Positions 63,972 to 64,000 of a stretch of 64,000 nucleotides of DNA are shown here, piece by piece (within the stretch, counting starts at the first letter, position 1; every line of letters begins with the position of its first letter). Position numbers and translations under genes: made by a program. Under the pieces are notes generated by a model, which worked only from the letters and a program-made list of their open reading frames with translations, did not search any database and was not told where the DNA came from. The stretch lies in the IMG/VR virus record IMGVR_UViG_3300032002_000001. One strand, given 5' to 3'. The DNA is from an uncultured virus (IMG/VR IMGVR_UViG_3300032002_000001). Lineage: Duplodnaviria > Heunggongvirae > Uroviricota > Caudoviricetes.

Positions 63972-64000
63972 TTAGCTCCTCCGAAACTCGACCCTCCGAA

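Noticed and set aside
1..64000. Integrase, attP, lysis cassette, portal, capsid, TerL
   Set aside because: No supporting motifs seen; probably outside the window, so lifestyle cannot be concluded

Overview
A GC-rich tailed-phage (siphovirus-type) genome segment from an actinobacterial host, judged from a WhiB-like protein, a LexA-type box and actinophage gene families. It has four parts. (1) 1-23.1 kb, minus strand: a replication module (DnaB helicase, primase, gp32-like SSB, a short DnaE, PD-(D/E)XK exonuclease), then RuvC, WhiB, TerS, an EEP-family enzyme and a tail-fibre/adaptor module. (2) 23.1-23.9 kb: a divergent control region with a perfect SOS box, sigma-A-type promoters and a candidate sRNA. 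(3) 23.9-49.6 kb, plus strand: about 70 small accessory genes, tRNA-Arg(ACG), several tandem paralogue arrays, and intergenic RNA elements. These elements are two-hairpin leaders, hairpins whose loops are complementary to the next translation start (pseudoknot-like), and a ~320-nt structured RNA next to a degenerate LAGLIDADG gene. (4) 49.85-64 kb, minus strand: neck, major tail, frameshifted tail chaperones, a 1957-aa tape measure with M23 and SLT domains, and minor tail genes. I could not recognise portal, capsid, TerL, lysin or integrase genes in the window. The best novelty candidates are the RNA-based control layer of the accessory region, the LAGLIDADG-adjacent RNA, a GG-ending small protein with a Cys-containing partner, and two unrelated basic proteins sharing an N-terminal S[AG]FGVEH...SK tag. 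All product calls come from motif recognition by eye; no searches were run.
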